A stretch of DNA of 63,943 nucleotides, counting the filler, from Folioceros fuciformis (Eukaryota), in the NCBI GenBank assembly GCA_049999805.1. It is 13 parts of 13 records of this genome, joined end to end, with 100 filler letters (N's around TTAATTAATTAA, not from the genome) between each part and the next. Parts side by side here need not be neighbours in the genome. Positions count along the whole stretch, not along the records: positions 1 to 4,807 come from JBNGIO010001395.1; positions 4,908 to 8,336 come from JBNGIO010001396.1; positions 8,437 to 11,330 come from JBNGIO010001397.1; 10 more parts are not named here. One strand, 5' to 3'. The position numbers and the translations under genes were made by a program. Positions 1-10,332 of this stretch are shown here, in pieces. Within the stretch, counting starts at the first letter, position 1. Every line of letters starts with the position of its first letter. A model generated the notes under the pieces. It made no database searches and was not told where the DNA came from. It saw only the letters and a list, made by a program, of their open reading frames with translations.

Positions 1-471
1 CCTGTTTTGTTGGTGCAACTACATTGAGGTTCTGAGGGGGAGGTTGTTGAGCAATTTCTTGCAGGTATGCATCACAGTTGTTGCTGAACCGTGTGACACT
101 TTGGGTAACATCCGAATTACTTCTGCTATCGGTGCCAAGGCTGAACTTGTGGCGTCAGATACTGAAGCTCTGGCTCGCACTCAGTCCCCATCTTCTGCTG
201 TATCTACTCTGACTGGATGGAGTCAACTGAAAGCTAAGGGTTCATACGTGCGTAGTTTTTCCCTGAATTCTGGTATGCGCGTATCAAAGGACCGTTTGCT
301 GAGACAGCAACCGAAATTCACTTATCACAGGAGGATTCGCCGACTGGACAAAAGAGGAAGCTGCAAAGATGGAGCTGGAGCAGAAGAAGGGAGCTTGACA
401 ACGCAGATTGTAGAACACCTGGGTCCAAGGAACTAGAGAGTCAGCATGGAAGCAAGCTACTCCTTGACAGC

Positions 472-959
472 ATGTCAAATTCAGGTGTACTACAACCTGA
501 AGATGAGGTCAGCTCCAGGTTAACGGGGCAGTCCCATTCGGCTTTCCTGCAAGGGCTCGTTAAGGAAGTGGAGAGCAGGTCTAGCAGGTTGGAGACACAT
601 GAGACTCAGCTCCTGAACGTTGCACTGCTTAAAGTGAAGGAAAATGCTTTCATCATAGAGAAGGAAAAGGGTCTCAAATGGAAGTTGCAGGCTGCAGTGC
701 TTGTACTGAAGGCCCTCACTAAGCAAAAGCTGGAGCTCATTGCCGAGGTTTGTGCGCCTTTCTAAAAACCTTGTGACACGTGGTTGGTTGATGTGCACGA
801 CAAAGAGTTACTCACGTAACGTATATACCCATTGCTCTGCAGAATGCGAGGCTTGAAGCACACAACAAATTACTGACTGAGGAGCGTGACCGAGATTTGC
901 AAGTGTTGTTGAGTGAGATGTCACGTCTGAGAACCGAGCTATGGGTGAATCATAATAAG
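472..959 (+). pseudogene. Spliced coiled-coil protein fragment of unknown family, probably degenerate
   Basis: Exon 472-747 (ends IAE|gtttgt) joins through a GT-AG intron 748-842 in frame to exon 843-959 (NARLEAHNKLLTEERDRDLQVLLSEMSRLRTELWVNHNK|gtaat). Heptad-like L/E/K/R composition; the upstream frame is broken by stops. Confidence 0.35.
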
Positions 960-1941
960 GTAATCCTGCAATCAATTACGTTTAGCACCAAAAGTGACAA
1001 CAAGTTCCGATGATATTGGGCACTTAAACCTCTACTTACCCTAGCATGAACATCTAGATTCAGCTAGAGGCACCGACTCCGTCAGCCCGTGGTTTGGATA
1101 CCGCGAAGACATCAGCTACATATCACATGTGCGCAAGCCTCAGAGTGTTTTGTGAGTTCCTGGAGAGACTTGCTTCCATCCTAAGGTCCTGACTTTCTGG
1201 CTGGTGCCTTTACAGGGTCCGAAATTCAGCAACCTTGAGTTCTGAAATGCAGGTGACCATCCATCCTTTCACCGATGCAAGGTTCTTGGCAGATGCGATG
1301 GTGAATGGTATACTAACTATGCGACGTTGGGTTGTTCGTGCAGCAGTCAACAAAAATGCCCACCTTAAGTCGACGATTCCTTCTCCCTTTATCCTTGTTG
1401 CCGGTACCTATCCTTACTGTAGTCTACGTAATATTTGTACACAGAAGACACCAGCGTAAGCATGCGCAGGCAGGTTTGTAGATAGCCTCAGCGGTATCTC
1501 CTTTGCCATCAAGTCTACTTCTGTTCAAATAGGTCTCCTAGATGTAAAAAAGTGAAACAAAATAGTTCGTAAAAACCGCATGTGCTGCAATCGTTACTAG
1601 CTATACGTTGGAACTGGTAGTTGGTAAGCATCGTTCCCTAGAGGTAGTGGTCATAAGCCTCCAATGATGCAGTTCCACGTTCCGTTTGCAAGGAAACCAT
1701 CCGTAGGTTTTGCTAGATAAGCCAAAATTGTGTTAGGGTCTACACTTGTTAAGTAGATATCTATTAATTAAACTTTGCACATAGTAATTAGCTAACTACC
1801 CTACCGTCATTGCACACTTTCTCGTGATTTCTGAACTCCTAGGAGTAAGAGCATAAATTTGAAGTGTTACATAATCCTTCTGCTTTTGCAAATACCTAAT
1901 TGCTTCCGCTCCCATGCTGTGCTGTGCTTGGCTTTGCTTGG

Positions 1942-3585
1942 TCACATGTTGCCTCTTCTCCTCGTCTTGTCTGTGTTGTGGTCTTTGATATGTATGGACT
2001 GAGGAGTGGGAGGAAGGACATCGTCCTCCTCGGGATCCAGATGCAGATACTCAATGTGACGAATGTCTTTGGGCGTGGGCCAGAAACTCCCGATGCACAC
2101 GCATTCTGCAGCTTTTTCCGTGCCCAAACTGGACAAGTAGTCGTCGGGGGGATAGAGCAGTTGGCAGGGTCGTTGGGAATCGTCGAACCCCAATTCCCCG
2201 TGGTTACTCTTCCTGCTGCTCACATAATCCCCATTACAATTCGGGAATACCTGAACATCCCGCCTCCACCCCGACACATAGCACGGCTGGCTGAAGTAGA
2301 CGTCCGCGTCCAGGAACTTGGATCCTTCCTCCTTCCATTCTGGCACCCACTCAAGGGCGACATCGTCCAGCTTCAGATTCCCGAATCTTCTCACGATCCA
2401 CTTGGCAGTCCTGTCCACCTCCCCTGTGTACAGCTCGTCCTCCGTCCACCCGGCCCAGATCTTGAGCGTCTCGCTGTCGTAGTCGAACAGTATGTGGAAC
2501 GTCTCCCACATCGCCTTCCCCAGCTCCGGGTCGTTCCGCCATCCCATGGCCGTGATATGCTGCGCGAACGCCTTCTGCTCCCAGCTGTACATCCACACCT
2601 GCACGAGCCCCCGCTGCTGCCCCGACGGCGGGGTCACGATGGCGATGTACACTATTCTGCCCTTCACGCAGCTGGAGATGAATTGGGCCACGTTTCTGAC
2701 CGCCGGTGGCCTGGAAGGGCCAGGGTCTTGGGCTATCCTGCCGGCTGTGGTCATCTCCGGCCCCGTCACCCACCTCCCCACGCTGATAATGTGCGTTGCA
2801 ACCCTGATGGTCACTGCCCCGGTGCGCGGATTCTCCACAGCCCCGAACTCCAGAATGCGGAAGTCCAGCGTATTTCGCTGGGTGAGCAAGTGCGCGAACA
2901 CGTGCTCCTGGGAGTCGGGCGACTGTAGCTCGGGCTGGCACTGGATCTCCAGCCAGGTCTCCGGCCAGCTAGGGTTGCCCACCAGGTAACAAGACATCAG
3001 CCGGGCCGCGCGCCGAAAGTACACACCCACCATCTGCGAGAAGGAGGTGACAAGCGGCTGCATGCAACGGATGGACGACTGCACCCTCGCCACGGGCACC
3101 CGAAACCAATGCCCGGGGTACTCGGGGTCGTAAACCCACAACCGCGTGGCCTCCTTGGGACACATCAGCTTCCAACGATCCGCCATGCCGGGCTGCACGA
3201 GCACGAAGCACCACGGCTGCTCCACAAAGTTGTCGCTCGAGCACGAATCGGTCTCGTATCCGCTTGTGTACACGCTTCCCTCTCCATCTGACTCATCATC
3301 GCTAGGTTTCCAATCACTCTTGTCTCGAGGCGGAGTCTTCCAATTCAACTTCTCGCCCAGCTGTCTCTCTAGTGCCGCTATCATCTCCTCTGTACATGTG
3401 TTCGCCATGTCGCCCTGCCTCCGATCGACCTGGTCAGGTAGCTGCTGTCGAGGAGGACTCCGGGATACAGCAGGGCTCCGGGGTACAGCAAATTTGTGCA
3501 CTGCATGCTTGGACCTTATGGGAGCAACGGTATTTCGTGGGCCATTCAAATCGGAGTGTGCCGATCGATTTTCCATATTCATCAA
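1942..3585 (-). CDS. Intronless hypothetical protein (up to 547 aa); disordered/acidic N-terminus followed by a Trp-rich, probably beta-rich domain
   Basis: 1644-nt stop-free frame with long antisense shadow ORFs typical of GC3-biased coding DNA. The motif WVYDPEYPGHWFRVP resembles the YDPxxxxW blade of plant F-box/kelch-associated domains. No family confidently recognised; start codon uncertain. Confidence 0.65.
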   Translation of the reverse strand: MMNMENRSAHSDLNGPRNTVAPIRSKHAVHKFAVPRSPAVSRSPPRQQLPDQVDRRQGDMANTCTEEMIAALERQLGEKLNWKTPPRDKSDWKPSDDESDGEGSVYTSGYETDSCSSDNFVEQPWCFVLVQPGMADRWKLMCPKEATRLWVYDPEYPGHWFRVPVARVQSSIRCMQPLVTSFSQMVGVYFRRAARLMSCYLVGNPSWPETWLEIQCQPELQSPDSQEHVFAHLLTQRNTLDFRILEFGAVENPRTGAVTIRVATHIISVGRWVTGPEMTTAGRIAQDPGPSRPPAVRNVAQFISSCVKGRIVYIAIVTPPSGQQRGLVQVWMYSWEQKAFAQHITAMGWRNDPELGKAMWETFHILFDYDSETLKIWAGWTEDELYTGEVDRTAKWIVRRFGNLKLDDVALEWVPEWKEEGSKFLDADVYFSQPCYVSGWRRDVQVFPNCNGDYVSSRKSNHGELGFDDSQRPCQLLYPPDDYLSSLGTEKAAECVCIGSFWPTPKDIRHIEYLHLDPEEDDVLPPTPQSIHIKDHNTDKTRRRGNM

Positions 3586-4807
3586 CTGTGCTGCTTTTGA
3601 GCTGGGAACCCACAGACATCCGGCAAATCACCCAGTCAGGCTGCCGGAGTTTGAATTTCACTCACAGGCGGGAAATCAAACGGCTTTGGGATGAAACGCT
3701 CTACAACTCACCATTGCTTTGCAACCAGGAGGATGAACCAGACAAACTTTTTTCTGCTTCCTAATACAAGGAGAAGCGTTACTGCTCTCCAACTGCAGAG
3801 TTGTAAGAAACCCAATAACTCAAGATCACATTTCATATGATGTTGTGGACGGATAGAAGGCTAGATAATAAACTTTCTATTTAAGCCCATGCCATTAAGG
3901 AAGCTTAAGAGAAACACCGAAGACTAGATGATCAGAAGTTTAAGAGATGGAAGACTGAAGGCCAAAGATCCAGTGGGTCCAAAATTAAAAAATAAATCAC
4001 TAAGGTGAGAATCTCTTGATCGATTGGGTTCTACCAAGTTGTGGAAGGTTGATTTGGGTCGGAAATGATTAGGTTATGCGGATGGCCAGCAATGGGATTA
4101 CTGTACTTGTGCCATGCTGGTATAAGCAGTATCAGCTGTGTGCAACCTATGCTGGAAACTCCAACATTGTTTCCAGGTCTCAAGCTGCAAAACTGTATGC
4201 TTCACTGAAGAAGCGGACGGCTTAGGTGCGAGGTAGACACAGGCATGTTTGTGGTAGACTCCACTTCGAACCAAACTCGACTGTACAGGAGTGTCCAGAC
4301 TAGTACCAGACATCAGGCAAGGGATTTATTGAAATCGTGGAATTAAGACCTTGAACTCCACAGCAAGCACGTATTTAGCTTAACATCTGCATAAGGACTC
4401 GGCGTACGCAACTCTCTTCATTGTAGTGGCCATGATGCGAAGTGGTTGCAGAAGCCGGGGATCTCACCCCCGAGTTATCTTCGTCTTCGTACCTTGGTCG
4501 ATGGAGACTACTCCAAGTCCACATCACGAAGACGGCAGAAGAGGATTCTCCACAGGCTGGTCGCCAATCTGGGTAGTCGTCACCTCGGACTGGTAGCCAG
4601 TGGAGGCCTCGTCTGGACATGGGAACATCGTCGTCACACACACCAGAAGCCGAATGGGAACGGACTTACAGTCTGACTTGTCCTCCACGGGTTCCTCCTT
4701 CAACAAGGAGTAGTGGACGACTCGGATTTCGACGTTTCCCTGCACGGCCCACGGAACTTGCAGATCTTTTCGCCACTGAGATGTATGTCGTGATGAGTCA
4801 CTGGATC

Positions 4808-4907
4808 NNNNNNNNNNNNNNNNNNNNNNNNNNNNNNNNNNNNNNNNNNNNTTAATTAATTAANNNNNNNNNNNNNNNNNNNNNNNNNNNNNNNNNNNNN
4901 NNNNNNN
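4808..4907. other. Artificial contig linker (N44-TTAATTAATTAA-N44); 12 copies in the window
   Basis: Identical 100-bp spacer with stops in all six frames at 4808-4907, 8337-8436, 11331-11430, 18564-18663, 30586-30685, 34889-34988, 44769-44868, 49784-49883, 53553-53652, 57574-57673, 59757-59856 and 61772-61871. Confidence 0.99.
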
Positions 4908-5219
4908 ATATTATTATATTATTATTTAATCATTTAATATTATGTATCTTTAATTAATATTAAACTAATCACCCAACCCTATGGCCTGGTACCGAACCTA
5001 AACCTTCCCAGGTCTGGGACCAAACCTATACCCACTCTTATAACCAAACCAACTATTTCCTAGTCAATTAACCTAATTAGCACAAAGAAAAATAGGAAAA
5101 ATGACCAAAACAATAAGGGAAAATTAGGGAAAATAAGTAGAAAAAGGAAACCAAACCATACCACTATTAACCCTTTTTCAACCAAAACAAACCACTACCC
5201 CAAACTTTGGAGGCTCACA
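4908..5219 (-). mobile_element. Probable LTR end of a second element nested in the copia integrase
   Basis: The copia reading frame (…SKSKPCVFLGC) breaks abruptly into TGTGAGCCTCC… on the - strand (TG-type terminus), followed by AT-rich non-coding sequence up to the contig edge. Confidence 0.5.
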
Positions 5220-5651
5220 ACAGCCTAGAAACACGCAGGGTTTTGATTTGCTCTCAAACTTCTTACGGTCATCCTTGTGCACATGGACATACACAAATGA
5301 ACCAAACACCCGCATGTGGGACAGGTCGGGCTTCTTCCCTGTCTAGAGTTCATAAGGCATCTTGTCTGGTATGGCTGCATGTGAAATTCTATTTTGGATG
5401 TATGTAGCGTAGGCTGTGGCCTCGGCCTAATAACACTTGGGTAACTTAGTGTAGTGTAGCATGCTGGAGGCAGACGTTTCCAGATCCTTATTCTTATGCT
5501 CAGCCACTCCATTCTGTTGAGGAGTGTTGGCATTAGTGAGTTGACGGCCAATACCATGAGCAGTGATGAAGGCCATGAACTCTCCAGAACAATATTCTCC
5601 GCCATTATCAGTGCGAAGATTCTGCAGCTTCAACTCCAATTGAGTCTCTGC

Positions 5652-7376
5652 TCACACCTTGTACTCTTTGAAGCAAAGGAAAGTTTCTGACTTCAGTTTA
5701 ATAAAATAAATAACAGTGAAGCTTGTGTAGTCATCCACGAATGTTAAAAAGTAACACTTGCCATCGATGGATGCAGGGAACGGGCCACATAAATCACTAT
5801 GAACGAGGCCTAGGGGCCGTGTAGCCCTTGTAGCAGTCTTCGTCGAAAATGGCGAACGATGATGTTTGCCAAGTATGCAGGCCTCACAGGCTCCGAAGTT
5901 TGTGAGCTGATCCAACTTCAGGCCATCCACCATCTTTTTCCTCATACATTTTAACAATTTGTTAAAGTTCAAGTGGCCCAGGCGTAGGTGCCACAAGTAT
6001 GTGAGGGATGGTTCATTCATATGTGAAGCAGATGTAGCAGCGAGAGCTGCAGGTGCTGAAGGTTGCTTCACATCCAAGTGGTACAAGTCGTCCTTCCGGA
6101 GGGCCCCCGTAGCCATCAACGTGCCATCAGCAGTTTCCACTATGCACTTTTTGCCTCCAAAACAGATGAAGCATCCAGACTCGTCGATCTTCCTCACTGA
6201 AACCAGATTTTTGGTGAGGCCAGGCACATAGAGCACATCCGGGATTTCCAGGTATTGTGCAGGCTTCAAATTGAGCCGTATAGTGCCTTCTCCTTCAATA
6301 CGGTGAGTAGTGTCATCTCCTAAGCAAACAAATTTCTTCTCTTGTGCTTCTATGAGCTGAGTGAAATAGGCTGCGTGCGGTGTCATATGCTGAGAAGCAC
6401 CGCTGTCAATGTACCATACATGGTCAGCCTGCTGTGCATAGCAAGTGACCACTAATGCTTTGACATGTTCAGGACCTTGAAGGTTGCTGATGGTCGGAGA
6501 GACTGTATGAGTCAAGAATGCCTTGCTGTATTTGTGCATTGAGACGGCGAGGTTCCCGGAGGAGCTGCCACCGCCGTCAGCTGCGAGACGTTTTCTGCAA
6601 ACTTCCCATGTATGATTTGGGATTCCACAATATCCACAAGGTGGCTTCTTGGCAGGGTTGTGAGAAGTGGGATGTGGATGTCTGGTGGATGAGCCACGTC
6701 CTCGACCTCTGCCTCGACCGAAAGGTCGGCCTCTTCCTCTGCCTCTACCACGGTTACTAAGGTAGAGTGCCCTGTCTCCATAGTTGGTCATTGCAACAGT
6801 TGACAGCTTCTTTCGAGACTCCTCCGTAAGCATGGCAGCTATGACCCTGTTTAGGGTTAATGTGGGGACATCCTGCAGGGACTGTACCACATGAGTCCAG
6901 GACTCTGGGAGAGTGGCCAGCATGCATACCGCCACTAGTTCGTCTTCCAACGTAATGCCTACGGAGACCATTTTGGAGGACCACTGTCGGAATGCAAGTA
7001 CATGCTGATCAACGGGAGTATTCTCTGCCATTTTTAACGCCATAAAAGACTTCAATTGGTATGTTTGCAACATGTAATCCTTTCCATCATAGAGTCCTTG
7101 TAGTTGTTTCCAACAAGAGGCAGCAGAGGTGGCTCCTTGAAGTTGAAAAACATGGGAACTCTTAATGCTGTGATTTAGGATTGTTCTTGCTTCCAGATCG
7201 GCTTCTTCCCAAGCATCTCGTTCATCTTGGGGTACAGTAGGCAGAGGCTGTGGTTTAGGTACTGGTGGGTTCCCAACACCACCAACGTACTCCCACAGCT
7301 TCTTAGACATGAAGATGTCTTGCATCCTAAATTTCCAGACATTGTAATTCTCCCCGTCAAACTTGTCCCTTCGCAA
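5652..7376 (-). pseudogene. Copia Gag-Pol polyprotein (gag, zinc knuckle, aspartic protease, GAG-pre-integrase, start of rve integrase)
   Basis: FDGENYNVWKFRM (gag N-terminus), RG-rich tract, CGYCGIPNHTWEVC (CCHC), WYIDSGASQHMT (protease), LWHLRLGH…CEACILGKH (HHCC), LVHSDLCGP, FVDDYT. The same frame continues past a stop into LRTDNGGEY…TPQQNGVAE. Confidence 0.93.
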
Positions 7377-8111
7377 GTGAAAATTGTGACTTGGACCCAG
7401 AGGATTGACTCAAGGCTACTGCTTGTGTGCCTATGGCATGAATGGGCCTACGACTGTTGAACAAGGAAGAAAGTGTAGTCACAAGAGGAGTTAGTGTTGT
7501 TTAGAGTGCCAGAGACCATGATAGAAAAATCTAACCTAGCAGGTTGTGTGAGGTCATACTCAGATTCTATGTGCTGTGCGATTCTTTCAAAATAAGCAAG
7601 AAGTGCAGGGTGTGTATGTGTGCTTATGTTGACATTGAATAGGGTAACCAAGGTATGGAAGAGGAAGTGAAACAGTGAGCACTGTGAGGTTGGGAAGACA
7701 AGGACAGACTTGTGATAGGTAAGGTCTCTCATTTTTACTGGAACAAGTCTGAAATGTCAATGTGTGACCAATCATAACCATCGCATGCCTCAAAATCGTT
7801 GACCAGATTTGTTGCCATAAGCTCAAGAATAATCATGAGCCTAATCAATACTTGCTTTCTGCGATCTCCAGGGGCAAGAGATTCGTAGTGCGCGTCGTGG
7901 CAACTACGATCAATGGCCAAGTTGGCCTCGATTCTCTCAACACGCCATTGCAGCCGTAAGCACCTTTGAAGGCCTGGCATCTCCCAGTTCTTTCATGCGC
8001 CAGCCATTTCTTCTCCTCCTAGATTCGTTCTGATCGCAGTGAGTCACGCCGTACGTTATATCAGGCCGTTGAAGGATGGCAAGTAGGCGAGGTGCCCAAT
8101 GCTCTCCATTG

Positions 8112-8125
8112 TGGCTCTGATACAA
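8112..8125 (-). promoter_or_regulatory. Primer-binding site complementary to initiator tRNA-Met
   Basis: The - strand reads CA|TTGTATCAGAGCCA, one mismatch from the canonical TGGTATCAGAGC, directly after a CA LTR end. Confidence 0.8.
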
Positions 8126-9671
8126 TGAGCAAAAACACGAGTGCAACTTGTGTATAGACGAAAAGGGATCGATTAGCATAGGCGCGCGCAGCGCACGTTG
8201 ATATTCACACGATTGTGTAACTGTCTATCTAGGTTTAGCTTAAAAGACCTAAATAACCTAAGGACTACCTAATTATATAATTTTTATCATCATGGCTGTT
8301 TGGGAGGAGGCCGAGGCCAAGGTGCTTAAGGGGCTGNNNNNNNNNNNNNNNNNNNNNNNNNNNNNNNNNNNNNNNNNNNNTTAATTAATTAANNNNNNNN
8401 NNNNNNNNNNNNNNNNNNNNNNNNNNNNNNNNNNNNTTCTTCCCGCCCGCCAGCGGATGCAACCAAACCCAACACTGCACCGCGCAGCACAGCACAGCAC
8501 AACACCGGCAGCAGAAGCAGCAGCAGCAACCGCACCGGTCTCTCGTTCTCTGATGAGACTCGTGAAGGTTTCAGGCAACACACAACGTCCAGGCAAGCGC
8601 CGCACAAGAAGAGGCGAAGGGCCTGAGAGACGAAGGATGAACACAAACTAGCCACCCCGGGAGCTTTAAAGCGAGGAAGGCTCCGGAAGTGAGGGAATGA
8701 ATCCCGCCACCATCTCCCACCTCGCCTTCTCCTTCCCTCCCCGACGATCGTCGACCCCTGGGCCGACGGCCCGTCCCCCGCGCCCCCCGCCCTATACCAT
8801 CCCTACCTCCTCCTCTCCCCTCGCATGCCGCCAGGGGAAGCGCTACCCTGGGCGCCTCCTCTCTCTACGCGCAGACTCCGATACTGTACCATCAGATCAT
8901 ATACAATGCCCGATGGATCATATACGCTATTTCACCTTTGCCCGTTTCCTTTCCCTTGGCTTTGCTTTACCCTGCCCTGCCCTGCCATTCCCTTTCTTTT
9001 CCTTTTTCTTCCCGGGAGGCTTTCACTTCCCGTATCTACTGTATGTATTTCACTTTGAACCGTGACCGGCGGGGGCCAGTAACGGCGGTAAAGTTCGGAA
9101 ACCACTCCACTTCGACTGCGGGGAACCGGCAACGCCAACTCCGCAACTCACTCACTCCCCAATGCAACAAATGGCTCATTATTATTATTATTATTTTGTC
9201 TACCGGTTACGGATAACAGGGAACGGAGAGAACAGTTGCCGTAGGCGCGAGGGACGGCCGTGGAGTTACGGACGCATGATGACGCCCGTTACGTTGCACG
9301 GTGAGCGGTACCCGTTACGAAGGCGGGTGCGACGCAGCGGGCCTGGCCTGGCCTGGCCCCGTAACGTGGTTCCCATGCAATTACAGTCGCAGTGCAAACG
9401 CAGGGGCCGTACGGCCGAGAGTCCGGCCCCGGACCCGGACCCGGCCCGAATGAGGCCGGGGAGTAAGACGGAGCGGTCGCAGGGGAATTATTGATGCGCC
9501 GGGGGCGGGTAGGCAGGGCATAGGCTGGAGCGGAAAAGGGCGAAGCCGGCGGCGTGGCCCAATCCGGGCGACAGAAGCCAGCACCTAGAGCCGGCAACAT
9601 GCGGCTAAGCTTCCGGGACGGCGTCATAACCGGGAACCAGTCCGGGTTAGATAGAACGGTGCCCAATAATG

Positions 9672-9716
9672 GGGCCGGAGCCGGGGGCGGGGCCGGGGCC
9701 GGGGCCGGGGCCGGGA
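9672..9716 (+). repeat. (GGGGCC)n-like hexamer microsatellite
   Basis: ggggccggagccgggggcggggccggggccggggccggggccggg in non-coding DNA. Confidence 0.8.
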
Positions 9717-10284
9717 CGGCCTCCTCGCAAGTCCGCACTAAGGATTTCAAATTCTCACATGGAATGCAATGCAACGCAGGGTGTGCGGGTGTCAGGACGT
9801 TGTTTGAGCGCCACAGCTCAGGTGAGGTCACAAGGGCGGCCGCTTTGCCGCGCTTGCTTGCTTGCCACATGGCTATTGGCTATGCTGGTCGTGATCGATA
9901 CTACAGGTCTGTAACAGTCTGACTCTGGACTGGGCTGGGCTGCGTTGCGCTGGGCCGGGCCGGGCTGGCTTGGCCTGGCCTGGCTTGCTTGGACACAACG
10001 ATTCAGCGCTGTTGGACCTGATCCACACGCTTGTTCCGGCTTCAAGAATGGGCCAGTTGGGTCGAAGTTATCGCGTACTGCCCTAGTCCTCCTCCGAGTC
10101 CTACTACTCTGCAACTTTCATCATCCACCGTGACGCACTTTAGTTCTTGGAAGCCTAGACCGTACGTGTATGCTTGCAATGTCAATGGTGCGTCGTCTTC
10201 GTGGAAGCGAAGGGAAGCCAGGTTTCATGTATATCCTCTCCTCTCTTACAGCTTGGAGTGGGGGTGTCGGAAGCGATGGGCTTT

Positions 10285-10332
10285 GCTGGGCTGGGCTGGG
10301 CTGGGCTTGGCTTGGCTGGGCTTGGCTGGGCT
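10285..10332 (+). repeat. (CTGGG/CTTGG)n pentamer microsatellite
   Basis: Direct reading; similar tracts occur at ~9928-9990 and ~43679-43740. Confidence 0.8.

Larger units (their letters stand above)
5220..8292 (-). mobile_element. Ty1/copia LTR retrotransposon, 5' half (short 5' LTR, PBS, gag-protease-integrase), degenerate and truncated
   Basis: Candidate 5' LTR ~8126-8292 bounded by TG…CA, followed by an iMet-tRNA PBS. The gag-PR-IN order is diagnostic of copia; RT/RNaseH are absent from the contig. Confidence 0.93.

Noticed and set aside
1900-2989. 342-aa and 165-aa ORFs antisense to the orphan ORF
   Set aside because: Shadow ORFs expected from GC3-rich coding on the opposite strand; composition is not protein-like.
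4134-4146. AGCTGTGTGCAAC, resembling the 3' part of miR536
   Set aside because: Only a partial match and no hairpin partner visible.
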